Below the pieces are notes generated by a model, which saw only the letters and a list, made by a program, of their open reading frames with translations, was not told the origin of the DNA and searched no databases. A stretch of DNA of 64,000 bases from Candidatus Nanoarchaeia archaeon (GTDB lineage Archaea > Nanobdellota > Nanobdellia > Woesearchaeales > ARS49): positions 11,336 to 75,335 of the forward strand of contig JBGPOY010000002.1 in assembly GCA_041488275.1 (NCBI GenBank), in the 5' to 3' direction. Below are positions 42,571-51,980 of this stretch, one piece after another (the stretch's first letter is position 1; every line of letters starts with the position of its first letter). A program made the translations under genes and the position numbers.

Positions 42571-42864
42571 TTAATGCCTCAGCGCAAGCGATTTCAATCG
42601 CCGCGCAACCGACTGCGCCATACGCATACGTGTCGGGTTCTGCTCAAAGTCCCGAGCGAGCTTGTCGTCGCTCCACACGTGACGGACCCAGTTCGTGAAG
42701 TGGTTGCCGTCCTTGTTCGTGTGGTGGTCGAACGCGGGGTCGTCCATCCGCTTCAGCCCGTCGAGCAGCTCCGCGTAGTTGCGGTACACCTGCCCATTGG
42801 TGGCGTTGAACGCCTTGTGCTCAGGGCAGTTGAGCAGCAGTGGCGTTGTTTTGCCTTTGTTCAT
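42571..42864 (-). CDS. Paralog 3 of the three-gene family
   Basis: FNATNGQVYRNYAELLDGLKRMDDPAFDHHTNKDGNHFTNWVRHVWSDDKLARDF. Lies 9 nt after the GH57 stop. Confidence 0.7.
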   Translation of the reverse strand: MNKGKTTPLLLNCPEHKAFNATNGQVYRNYAELLDGLKRMDDPAFDHHTNKDGNHFTNWVRHVWSDDKLARDFEQNPTRMRMAQSVARRLKSLALRH

Positions 42865-42873
42865 TCATTCACC

Positions 42874-44070
42874 TCAGACTGTGAGCCATTGTGGTTCCTG
42901 TTTTGCCTCGAGACGACCTTGCAGGTCGTTGAGGATGTTCATAAACGCGATAAAGCAGTCGTACGGGCTGTCGTACGGGTTGAAGTACTTGTGGACGTCG
43001 CCGTCGGCAAACCACTTCGTGCACATGTAGTAGAAGTGGTCGCTCGTACTGAGCTTTCTCCACGTCTCCAGCAGTGACCCGTCCCGAGAGCCCTTGATTT
43101 TCGGCAGCATCGCGTACAAGTGGTACGCAGCGGAGTTCTGCATCCGGTTTCCGAGCCAGGCAGAAAGATCGCGCTCGATGTCCGCCCACGAAATCGGCGT
43201 GTGGATGTCGAGCTCGCCTTTCGGTTCCACTTTGGCGAGTTCGCTGGGCAGTTGGAATCCGAGCCCGCGCTTGAACATTTCGTCAGGCAAGTGGCTGAGG
43301 AAGCTAAAGATTCCCGTGTCCTCCCACTGGTGTTCGCCGAACGTCTCGTAGTCCATGAACAGGTTAATCGAGTCGCCCATGATGGGCGCGAGCCAGCTCG
43401 CGTACTTCGGCGCCGTGAGAGGCCAGCTTTCCCAGCTCTTTTGCGAGAACCGGAACGCGACGTCGTCCGACAGCCGGTAGTTCTTGAGCAACAGCTTCAG
43501 CTTCTTGCAGCCCTTGGGCTGGTACACGAAGTTGGGGCTTCTCCAGCCGAGGATGTGGTCCGCCCCTTCCGCGAGGATGGCCTTGTAGCCCATTTCTTCC
43601 ACGGTGCGGGCGAGTTCGTTGTTGTAAATCAGTTCCGTATTCCTAAACACGGTCGGCGTGACACCGAACAGTTTCTTGATTTTCTTTTTGTGCATCGCGA
43701 CCTGTTCGGCGAATTCCTGTTTGTCGTGCAGGAACGAGAGGCTGTGATAGAACGTCTCGCCCAGGAATTCAACGTGGCCGGTGTCCGCGAGCTGCTTGAA
43801 CAGCGGAATGACTTCAGGAGCATACTGCTCGAACTGTTCAAGCGCGGTTCCGGTAATGCTGAAGCTCACCTTGAATTTACCCTTGTGTTTCTTGACGAGC
43901 TCAAGGATTGTCTTGGTCGCGGGAACGTAGCACTTGCGCGCGACTTTCTCCATCACTTCCCGGTTTTTGTGGTCATCAAAGTAGCCTTGATGCTTGCCGA
44001 TGTCAAACACTTGGTACTGCCTCAGCCGGAACGGCTGGTGGATTTGGAAGTACAGGCACAGGTTGGTCAT
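42874..44070 (-). CDS. GH57 family alpha-amylase / alpha-glucan-active hydrolase
   Basis: Start MTNLCLYFQIHQPFRL, a typical GH57 N-terminus. ATGA overlap with the upstream GT gene. Confidence 0.88.
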   Translation of the reverse strand: MTNLCLYFQIHQPFRLRQYQVFDIGKHQGYFDDHKNREVMEKVARKCYVPATKTILELVKKHKGKFKVSFSITGTALEQFEQYAPEVIPLFKQLADTGHVEFLGETFYHSLSFLHDKQEFAEQVAMHKKKIKKLFGVTPTVFRNTELIYNNELARTVEEMGYKAILAEGADHILGWRSPNFVYQPKGCKKLKLLLKNYRLSDDVAFRFSQKSWESWPLTAPKYASWLAPIMGDSINLFMDYETFGEHQWEDTGIFSFLSHLPDEMFKRGLGFQLPSELAKVEPKGELDIHTPISWADIERDLSAWLGNRMQNSAAYHLYAMLPKIKGSRDGSLLETWRKLSTSDHFYYMCTKWFADGDVHKYFNPYDSPYDCFIAFMNILNDLQGRLEAKQEPQWLTV

Positions 44071-45305
44071 TGTTTTCGCCTCGTTTTGCTCATAAGATCG
44101 CCATATAGGTTGAGGATGCGCTGCGCGGGAGCGGTCCACGTGAGTTTGCTGCTTTCGGTGCGGCCTTGGATGCCGAGTTCGTCTTGGAGTTCCTTGTAAT
44201 ACAGGACGCCGAGGATTTTGTTCGCCATTTGGTGCGTGTCCCAGAAGTCGACCTTGAGGCAGTGCTTGATGACTTCGCTGACGCCCGACTGCTTGCTGAT
44301 GATGACGGGCGTACCGTTCCGCATCGCTTCCAGCGGCGTCAAGCCGAAAGGCTCGGACACGGACGGCATCACGTACACGTCGGCCATCTTGAACGCGCGG
44401 TCAATGTCCGCGCCCTGCAGCCAGCCCGCGAAGAGGACGTTCTTTGCCAGCCCGAGCTCGGCGGCTTTCTCAATCATGAACGTCTCCATGTCTCCGCCGC
44501 CGACGATGACGAACTTGACGTTCGGGTCTTTCTCGACGACTTTCTTCGCAGCGTACAGGAACCAGTCGGGACCTTTCTGGAGCGTGATTCTGCCCAGGTA
44601 CAGCACGATTTTGTCCTTCTTGGAAAATTGAGGCACGTGCTTCGGCTCCTCAGTAAGCTCGATGCCGTTGTGGATGGCGTGGACTTTCGCGGCGGGAATG
44701 CCGTAATGGTGCAGCACTTTCTCGCGCGTGAAATTGCTGACCGCAACAACGGCGTTCGCTTCCATGAACCCTTTCTTTTCAATGTTGAACACGTGCGGGT
44801 TCACGCCGTTGTTGCCGGTGCGGTCGAATTCCGTCGCGTGGATGTGGACGACGAGGGGTTTGCCCGAGACTTTCTTGGCGTTGATGCCTGCCTGATACGT
44901 CATCCAGTCGTGCGCGTGAATCACGTCGTGCGGCACTTCCTTTGCGATGACTTTTGCCATCTCCGCGTATCGTTCGACTTCGTTCCAGAGATTGTTGCCG
45001 TAGAGCGCGCTCGCCTGCGGCTGCCGGCGCTGCCAGAACTTTTGTCCTTCGTTGCCGCTCGTGACGTACGGCGACACGACGCCGTTGAGTTTGACTCCTC
45101 GGATGGTGAGGTTGCCGTTGCCTCTTCGGTCGGCGGAGATGATGGTGACGCCCGGCACCGAAATGTCCTTGCTCATTTTCGGCAGCACGAACGTGACGTC
45201 CGCGCCTTGCGCGACGAGCTGCTTGACCAATCCTGCGGACGCGACGCCCAAGCCGCCGGAGATAAGCGGCGCGAATTCCCAGCCGAACATCAGGACGCGC
45301 GTCAC
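44067..45305 (-). CDS. Glycosyltransferase (GT4/GT5, glycogen synthase-like)
   Basis: N-terminal FGWEFAPLISGGLGVA and E-x7-E region SVSEPFGLTPLEAM. GTG start with GTGA overlap to the upstream wHTH gene. Confidence 0.85.
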   Translation of the reverse strand: MTRVLMFGWEFAPLISGGLGVASAGLVKQLVAQGADVTFVLPKMSKDISVPGVTIISADRRGNGNLTIRGVKLNGVVSPYVTSGNEGQKFWQRRQPQASALYGNNLWNEVERYAEMAKVIAKEVPHDVIHAHDWMTYQAGINAKKVSGKPLVVHIHATEFDRTGNNGVNPHVFNIEKKGFMEANAVVAVSNFTREKVLHHYGIPAAKVHAIHNGIELTEEPKHVPQFSKKDKIVLYLGRITLQKGPDWFLYAAKKVVEKDPNVKFVIVGGGDMETFMIEKAAELGLAKNVLFAGWLQGADIDRAFKMADVYVMPSVSEPFGLTPLEAMRNGTPVIISKQSGVSEVIKHCLKVDFWDTHQMANKILGVLYYKELQDELGIQGRTESSKLTWTAPAQRILNLYGDLMSKTRRKQ

Positions 45306-45562
45306 AAGGCGCCTCCTTTCAACGCGGAGCGTCCGCGGTCGGTGATTTCGTAAATCTTGACGTAGCGGGAAACGAAGACTTCTCTGAGAAAACCGCGGCC
45401 CGTGAGATAGACGACGTGATTGTCGACGGTGCGCCAGTTGATGCCGGTTTCGGTCGCGACTTGGTTGACGGTTTTCTGTCCCGCAACAAACGTCTTGAGA
45501 ATCAACGAACGAAGGTGCGCGTACTTGCGTCGCGCCGCGGGGCGTTTGGACACTACGCGCAC
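45302..45562 (-). CDS. Small winged-helix DNA-binding protein, first gene of the GT-GH57 operon
   Basis: 86 aa. HTH-like QKTVNQVATETGINWRTVDNHVVYLTGRGFL. GTG start 33-40 nt from TATA-like atttataa. Confidence 0.6.
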   Translation of the reverse strand: MRVVSKRPAARRKYAHLRSLILKTFVAGQKTVNQVATETGINWRTVDNHVVYLTGRGFLREVFVSRYVKIYEITDRGRSALKGGAL

Positions 45563-45615
45563 CTCTTCATTGCACGGCTTCCACGAACGTCTCCTTATAA
45601 ATCTTTCGTTCTTTT

Positions 45616-45632
45616 AGTAGTAGCATACTACT
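45616..45632. promoter_or_regulatory. Palindrome AGTAGTA-GCA-TACTACT upstream of the wHTH-GT-GH57 operon, plus an extra half-site
   Basis: Perfect 7-bp arms. A third TACTACT lies at 45648-45654. Located in an AT-rich intergenic island just upstream of the TATA at 45595-45602. Confidence 0.45.
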
Positions 45633-45802
45633 TAAATAACTATTACCTACTACTTTTGAAGGTATTAGTTATAATTGAAATAGTCATAGGATAGTCAGTA
45701 GAAAGGATAGGTTGGAGAAGTCAGTGCTATCGGCAAGCAGGTTTGAAGCGCAGAAACGAGGAAGCGTCACCAGCAAGGAAGCATTATCTGAAAAGCAATT
45801 CT

Positions 45803-46459
45803 TTACGCAATCCCTGCAACCGTCACGACGTCCGTGCGTTGGTTGTTGCTTTCGTCGCTCTCAGCAACGACATCGTGCGGGTCCACGACGCTGGTGATGC
45901 GGAACGTGCCCGGCACGCGGTAGACAACGCTGTAAACAACATCGGTCGTTTCGCCCGGCGCGAGCGGCGTCAAAGGCGGCGTTGCAAGAAGGCCGTAGCC
46001 GGGTTCAAAGTACACATCAAGGTCAACGGCAAAGACAGGATACTCTCCTTCGTTCTTCACGTGGAAGGTGACTTTGAGTTCGTCGTTGACGTGCGGCTGT
46101 TTGTCCACAACCACATCGGTAACGACCAAGTCCGGCGCGACGCAGCGTCCTGCCTGACAGCTGTTCGGGCACGCAATCGTCGTCAATCCGACACGCCCAC
46201 GCGGTTCCTGCAATGAATACTGACACGAGAATTCCTGCAATTGTGTCGCGTCGATGCATTTGTCTGTTATGCTCGAGCCGGTGCGCCAGTCAAACGCGAC
46301 TCCTGAAACAAACGGGTTGATTCCTCCGTCCGTGTCCGTGCATTTGTACGAGCTGGACGCGGGCTGGTCGGGAAACGCTGCAATCACGGCGATAATGACG
46401 AGGATGAGCAGTCCCAGAGCGAGCAATCCTTCGATTTTTTGGTGGTTGCTGCGCCTCAC
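45803..46459 (-). CDS. CARDB domain surface protein with N-terminal TM anchor
   Basis: APDLVVTDVVVDKQPHVNDELKVTFHVKNEG is a typical CARDB motif. 4-nt overlap with the CBS gene. Confidence 0.75.
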   Translation of the reverse strand: MRRSNHQKIEGLLALGLLILVIIAVIAAFPDQPASSSYKCTDTDGGINPFVSGVAFDWRTGSSITDKCIDATQLQEFSCQYSLQEPRGRVGLTTIACPNSCQAGRCVAPDLVVTDVVVDKQPHVNDELKVTFHVKNEGEYPVFAVDLDVYFEPGYGLLATPPLTPLAPGETTDVVYSVVYRVPGTFRITSVVDPHDVVAESDESNNQRTDVVTVAGIA

Positions 46460-47280
46460 GCGCGCGAAACCTCGTGCAATAAGTCTTTGGTCGTCACGAT
46501 GCCGACCGGGCGGTCACCTTCGACAAGAATGACGTCAGAAAGCTCGTTTTCGAGCAGGAGCTTGACGATGTCGGTGGCGCGTGTTTTCGGTGACGCCGTA
46601 ATCAGGATGCGGGACATCACGTTCTGCAAGGGCAGCGCGTCATAGTTCGGGCGTTCTCCCGAGTCTTGTCCCGAGTGCGAGGTGCGTCCGTGTTTGCCGT
46701 GACGGCCGGACACCGAGCCCTGCGGCGTGCCGAGGTGGAAGCGAATGGCGATATCGAACACCGACGCGACTCCAGTCAGCCGGCCGCTGCCGTCGATGAG
46801 CGGGATGTGGTCAATCTTGTCGTGGTGGAGCACGGCGACCGCTTTTGCGAGCGGATCCGTGTCTCGAAGCGTGATGAGTTTCATTGTGCCGACTTCGGAC
46901 GCTTTCGCGTCGCCGAGCAAGTGCTGGAGGTTGTCGAGCACGTCGCGCGCGCCGCAGATGCCGAGCACGCGTTTGCCTTTGTCCAAGACAGCGAGCACGT
47001 GAAAGTCAGATTCGTGCAACAGGCGGGCGGCTTCTTCGAGCGGCATTTCCGCAGTCAAGGTCGCGGGCTTGGTAATGAAGTTTTTCGCTTTCGTCGCCGC
47101 GGGGTCAATCCTGCCGCGGATGAGCGCGCGCTTCCACAGCATGCCGGCATACCTTCCTTGGTCGTCGAGCGCGACGGCTTCGGTGTGCTTGCCCTTTTCG
47201 AGCTTGCCGAACACGCTCGAGAGCGTATCGTTCGGACTGATGGCGAGATAGTTGATTCTCAAAACGTCTTTGACTTGCAT
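46456..47280 (-). CDS. CBS domain protein (four CBS repeats)
   Basis: Repeated CBS patterns (e.g. HVLAVLDKGKRVLGICGARDVL, HIPLIDGSGRLTGVASVFDI, DVILVEGDRPVGIVTTKDLL). ATG preceded by AGGTGAT. Confidence 0.8.
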   Translation of the reverse strand: MQVKDVLRINYLAISPNDTLSSVFGKLEKGKHTEAVALDDQGRYAGMLWKRALIRGRIDPAATKAKNFITKPATLTAEMPLEEAARLLHESDFHVLAVLDKGKRVLGICGARDVLDNLQHLLGDAKASEVGTMKLITLRDTDPLAKAVAVLHHDKIDHIPLIDGSGRLTGVASVFDIAIRFHLGTPQGSVSGRHGKHGRTSHSGQDSGERPNYDALPLQNVMSRILITASPKTRATDIVKLLLENELSDVILVEGDRPVGIVTTKDLLHEVSRA

Positions 47281-47380
47281 GCAATCACCTTTTGTCTTGC
47301 TCTTCAAGGAAGTTCGAGTCTATATAAAGATTTGGAGCGCACCGTATCATTTATATAGGTCTCGGCCTCCGCAAAATGCA

Positions 47381-49984
47381 ATGTCGTTCCACGACACGAC
47401 CGCGAATGAGGTGATGCAGGAGCTGAAGACGTCAGCTTCGGGGCTTTCTTCGAGCGAAGCGCAGCATCGTATTCTCGAGTACGGCAAGAATGCCATTGAG
47501 GGCAAGAAAGGTCCGAGTATTCTGTCGCTGTTCCTTGAACAGTTCAACAATCCGGTCGTGTGGGTGTTGCTCGCAGCGCTCGTCATCGCGTTCCTCCTGA
47601 AGGAATACACGGACTTCTGGGTGATTCTCGTCCTCGTCATCATTAACGCCGCGCTCGGCGTCATTCAGGAATACCGCGCCGAGGAAGCCATCGCCGCGCT
47701 CAAGAAGCTCACCGCCCTGAAGGCGAAAGTGCTGCGCGACGGCAAGGAAGCGCTCATCAGCTCCGAGGACTTGGTTCCCGGCGACGTCATTCTGCTCGAA
47801 ACGGGCGACAAGGTCCCCGCCGACTGCCGTTTGCTCGAAGTCGTCAATCTCCAAACGCTGGAGTCCGCGCTTACCGGCGAGAGCACGCCGGTCACGAAGA
47901 AACTCGACGCAGTCAAGGCGAACGCGCAGGTCGCCGACCAAGTCTGCATGGCGTTCTCCGGCACCGTCGTTACGGCAGGGCGCGCGAAAGCTGTCGTCAC
48001 GGGCACCGGACTGAAGACCGAGCTCGGCAAAATCGCGAAAATGATTGACGAAGCAGAACCCGACGACACTCCCCTGCAAAAGAAGCTCGCCGGCTTGAGC
48101 GTGTGGATTACGGTGCTCGTGCTTGGCATTTGCGGAGTCGTGTTCGTGACGGGATTGCTCGAGCACAAGCCGTTCCTCCAATTCCTGCTCGAAGCGGTCG
48201 CGCTCGCGGTCGCCGCAATTCCTGAAGGACTGCCCGCCATCGTCACGATTGAACTCGCGCTCGGCGTGCGCCTGATGGCTGCCCGCAACGCGCTCATCCG
48301 CAAGCTTCCCAGCGCCGAGACCTTGGGCGCGTGCAACGTGATTTGCTCCGACAAAACCGGAACGCTCACGCGCAACGAAATGACCGTCCGAAAGCTGTAT
48401 GTCGACGGCAAAGTCATTGACGTTACGGGCTCAGGCTATGCTCCGGAAGGAACGTTCTCGGAAAAACCCAAGGATTTGCAGCTCTTGCTCACCATCGGCG
48501 CGCTGAACAACAACAGCCGCATCGCGCATAACGGCGCGTGGAACGTGTTCGGCGACCCGACCGAAGGCGCGCTGCTCGTTTCCGCGATGAAGCTGGACGT
48601 TGATTACGAGGCGCTGAACAAAAAGCTCCCGCGCGTCGCGGAACTCGAGTTCACGTCCGAACGCAAGCGCATGACGACGTTCCACACGCAGGGCGCCAAG
48701 GTCGTCGCGTACGTCAAGGGCGCGTCCGACATCATTCTCGCACGCTCGACGCACATTCTCCACAACGGCAAGAAAGTCAAGCTGACGCCCGCGATGCGCA
48801 AGGAAGCGACTGCTGCAATCGAGCAGTTTGCCAAGGGCGCGCTTCGCGTACTGGGCTTCGCGTACCGCGAGCCGGGCAAGGAGCGCACCGACAAAGTCGA
48901 AAAGGACTTGGTGTTTGTCGGCTTGCAGGCGATGATTGACCCGCCGCGCGACGAGGTCAAGCAGGCGATTGCCGAATGCATTACTGCAGGCATCAAGGTC
49001 GTGATGATTACCGGAGACCACCCCGCGACCGCGAAAGCGATTGCCGACGAGCTCGGCATCACAGGCGGTGAAATGACGGGCGAGGAGCTCGAGCGCGTCA
49101 AGGATTTGAACTCGCACGTGGAACGCATCGGCGTGTATGCGCGCGTCAATCCCGCGCACAAGCTCAAGATTGTTGATGCGCTGCAGAAGCGCGGCTACAT
49201 CGTCGCGATGACTGGCGACGGCGTCAACGACGCTCCCGCGCTGAAGCAAGCGGACATCGGCATCGCGATGGGCATCGCCGGCACGGACGTCGCGAAGGAA
49301 GCGAGCGCGATGGTGCTTGCCGACGACAACTTCGCGTCCATCGTTTCGGCCGTGCGCGAAGGGCGCAGAATCTTTGACAACATCCGCAAGTTCATTCTCT
49401 ATCTCCTGTCCAGCAATGTCGGCGAGGTGCTGATTGTGTTCGGCGCGCTCATCCTTGGAATGCCGCTGCCCTTGCTGCCGGTGCATTTGTTGTGGATTAA
49501 TCTCGTGACGGACGGGCTCCCTGCGTTGGCGCTCGGCGTTCTTCCGCCCGAGAGCGACACGATGCAGCGTCCTCCGAAGAGCACGAAGGAAGGCATCATG
49601 ACGCGCCGCAACAACATCGAGCTGTGGGTGCTCGGGCTCACGATGGCGGTTACCGCCCTCTACGTCTTCCGGCAGTATCCTTCCGACTTAATCCGCGCGC
49701 AGACGGTCGTCTTCACCGCGGTCGTATTGCAGGAAATGTTCAACGTGCTCAACTATCAGGGCGACCATTCCGCGTTCGTCACGAAGGGCTCGAAGTGGGT
49801 GTGGCTTGCGATTGTGTCGTCCATCGCGCTCACGCTTATCGTGATTTACACGCCCGTGCTCGACATCCTCTTCGATTCGGTGCCGCTCAACCTGCACGAC
49901 TGGCTGCTGGTGCTGGCGGCAAGCGCCCCGATGTTGCTCGTGGGCGAAGTGCTCAAAATTATCTATCCGCGCAGTAAAAAGTAA
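47381..49984 (+). CDS. P-type cation-transporting ATPase (P2, Ca2+-ATPase-like)
   Basis: DKTGTLT, TGDHPATA, TGDGVNDAPAL and TGES motifs. Leaderless spacing from catttatatagg. Confidence 0.93.
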   Translation: MSFHDTTANEVMQELKTSASGLSSSEAQHRILEYGKNAIEGKKGPSILSLFLEQFNNPVVWVLLAALVIAFLLKEYTDFWVILVLVIINAALGVIQEYRAEEAIAALKKLTALKAKVLRDGKEALISSEDLVPGDVILLETGDKVPADCRLLEVVNLQTLESALTGESTPVTKKLDAVKANAQVADQVCMAFSGTVVTAGRAKAVVTGTGLKTELGKIAKMIDEAEPDDTPLQKKLAGLSVWITVLVLGICGVVFVTGLLEHKPFLQFLLEAVALAVAAIPEGLPAIVTIELALGVRLMAARNALIRKLPSAETLGACNVICSDKTGTLTRNEMTVRKLYVDGKVIDVTGSGYAPEGTFSEKPKDLQLLLTIGALNNNSRIAHNGAWNVFGDPTEGALLVSAMKLDVDYEALNKKLPRVAELEFTSERKRMTTFHTQGAKVVAYVKGASDIILARSTHILHNGKKVKLTPAMRKEATAAIEQFAKGALRVLGFAYREPGKERTDKVEKDLVFVGLQAMIDPPRDEVKQAIAECITAGIKVVMITGDHPATAKAIADELGITGGEMTGEELERVKDLNSHVERIGVYARVNPAHKLKIVDALQKRGYIVAMTGDGVNDAPALKQADIGIAMGIAGTDVAKEASAMVLADDNFASIVSAVREGRRIFDNIRKFILYLLSSNVGEVLIVFGALILGMPLPLLPVHLLWINLVTDGLPALALGVLPPESDTMQRPPKSTKEGIMTRRNNIELWVLGLTMAVTALYVFRQYPSDLIRAQTVVFTAVVLQEMFNVLNYQGDHSAFVTKGSKWVWLAIVSSIALTLIVIYTPVLDILFDSVPLNLHDWLLVLAASAPMLLVGEVLKIIYPRSKK

Positions 49985-50093
49985 TTTTTCTCACTTTCGG
50001 ATAGTATACAATCCTTTTATACGCTGTTCGGAATGACTCCATCATGACCTTGTCAAAGGGCTACCCCGCGTTCCTGAGTCCACGCTCGCGCGT

Positions 50094-50156
50094 CCCCGGC
50101 AGTATTGTCGTAGGCAGTCAATCTGATACGTACGACGAACGACCAAACTGCCTGGG
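50094..50156 (+). repeat. Palindromic intergenic repeat, copy D
   Basis: ggcagtattgtcgt (50098-50111) pairs 12/14 with acgaccaaactgcc (50139-50152). Outer ccccgg/cctggg. Ends 34 nt upstream of the GT3 gene start. Confidence 0.8.
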
Positions 50157-50189
50157 AAGCAGCGTGCGCTCTCAGCACGGAGGCGCGTA

Positions 50190-51977
50190 ATGGACGCCAA
50201 GGCAAAAACGTGCTGTGAGGTCTCCTGGGAGGTCTGCAACAAGGTCGGCGGCATTTACACGGTCGTGAGCAGCAAGGCCTCGAGAATGGTCGAGCACTAC
50301 CACGAAAACTACTTCACCATCGGACCGTATTTCCTGAACAAGACCTTCGGCGCGTTCGAAGAAAAAGTCCCGCCGGACAAATTCAAAGCAGTATTTGCCA
50401 GCTTGAAAGCCGAGGGCATCGAGTGCCATTACGGCACGTGGCTCATCAAGGGCAGTCCGAACACGATACTCATCGACTTCACGAATTTCGTCAAGCACGC
50501 CGACGGCATCAAGAAATTCCTCTGGGACCGCTACCAAATCGACTCGCTCGGCACGGAATACTACGACTTCGACGAACCCGTCATCTGGGCGTGGGCGGCG
50601 GGCAAGCTGGTCGAGAAAATCGCGCAGGTCTCGGACGGCGCGACGGTCGCGCAGTTCCACGAGTGGCTTTCGGGCGCGGGGATTCTCTACCTCAAGGCGA
50701 ACAACGTCCGCGTCGCGACGGTCTTCACGACGCACGCCACGATGCTGGGACGCACGCTCGCGAGCGCGGGACAATTGTACGAAATGCTCGACTCCATCAA
50801 CGCGGACGAGGAAGCGAACCGCCGCGGACAGGGCTTGAAAGCCAAGCACTATCTTGAGAAGCAGTCGGCGCAGCAGACCGACATTTTCACGACGGTCAGC
50901 GAAATCACGGGCATGGAAGCAGAACACCTGCTCGGGCGCAAGCCGGACGTCCTGCTGCCGAACGGATTGGACATGGGCAAGTACCCGACGTTCGAGGAAA
51001 TCAGCATCAAGCACAAGCTCACCAAGTCCAAGATTTTCGACTTTTTGCTTTCCTACTTTTTCCCGTACTACTCGTTCGAGCTGAACGACACGCTCGTGTT
51101 TTTCCTCGCGGGACGGTACGAGTTCCACGACAAGGGCATTGACATTTTCATCAAAGCGTTAGCAAAACTGAACGACCGCCTCAAGGCGGAGAGCAGCCCG
51201 AAGACGGTCGTCGCGTTCTTTTGGGTGCCGGGCAACGTGAAAGCCATCAAGCAAAGCCTGCTTGAGAGCAAGACGTACTACCGCGACCTGAAGGAATCGA
51301 TTTCGGACGACATCGACGAGATTGAGCACAACATCATCCACGAACTCATTTCCGGCACCGAAATCAACAAGGACAAACTGTTTAACGAGGACTTGCGCGA
51401 CGAGCTCAAGCGCAAAATCCTGCGCTTCAAGCGCAAAGGACGCCCTCCGGTCGCGACGCACGACCTCTACGACGAGCAGAGCGACCTCATCATCAACGCG
51501 CTGACCAGTCTGGGGCTCGACAATGAAGCGGACGACCGCGTCAAGGTTGTCTACTACCCGACGTACCTCACCGGCGCGGACGGCTTGCTGGATATGAGTT
51601 ACAACGAGGCGATGCAGGGCTCGCACTTCGGCGTGTTTCCTTCGTATTACGAACCGTGGGGGTACACGCCGCTGGAAGCAGGCGCGCTTGGCGTTCCTTC
51701 GGTCACCACTGACTTGTCAGGATTCGGGCGCTTCATCTGCGTCGAATGCGAGCAGGGCAGGGCTCCCGGCATTTGGGTCCTGAAACGCCTGAAAAAGACC
51801 GATGAAGAAGTCGTGAACGAGCTCGCTGAAACGATGCACGCCTATGTCGCGCTTCCCAAGCAGGAGCGCATCGAGAACAAGCTCGCCGCGCGCGAAATCG
51901 CGAACATGGCTGACTGGAAGATGTTCATCGAGCACTACATCGAGGCGCAGAACAGAGCCGTCGACAAACTGGGGTGA
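50190..51977 (+). CDS. Glycogen synthase, GT3 (animal/fungal-like) family
   Basis: N-terminus CEVSWEVCNKVGGIYTVV resembles eukaryotic FEVAWEVANKVGGIYTV. 595 aa. SD GGAGG 6 nt upstream. Confidence 0.88.
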   Translation: MDAKAKTCCEVSWEVCNKVGGIYTVVSSKASRMVEHYHENYFTIGPYFLNKTFGAFEEKVPPDKFKAVFASLKAEGIECHYGTWLIKGSPNTILIDFTNFVKHADGIKKFLWDRYQIDSLGTEYYDFDEPVIWAWAAGKLVEKIAQVSDGATVAQFHEWLSGAGILYLKANNVRVATVFTTHATMLGRTLASAGQLYEMLDSINADEEANRRGQGLKAKHYLEKQSAQQTDIFTTVSEITGMEAEHLLGRKPDVLLPNGLDMGKYPTFEEISIKHKLTKSKIFDFLLSYFFPYYSFELNDTLVFFLAGRYEFHDKGIDIFIKALAKLNDRLKAESSPKTVVAFFWVPGNVKAIKQSLLESKTYYRDLKESISDDIDEIEHNIIHELISGTEINKDKLFNEDLRDELKRKILRFKRKGRPPVATHDLYDEQSDLIINALTSLGLDNEADDRVKVVYYPTYLTGADGLLDMSYNEAMQGSHFGVFPSYYEPWGYTPLEAGALGVPSVTTDLSGFGRFICVECEQGRAPGIWVLKRLKKTDEEVVNELAETMHAYVALPKQERIENKLAAREIANMADWKMFIEHYIEAQNRAVDKLG

Positions 51978-51980
51978 GCT

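Noticed and set aside
43120-45353. 359-aa and 395-aa ORFs antisense to the GH57 and GT genes
   Set aside because: Their Arg/Val/Asp/His-rich translations show no domain signatures. The sense-strand genes have clear family motifs and coupled start/stop overlaps.
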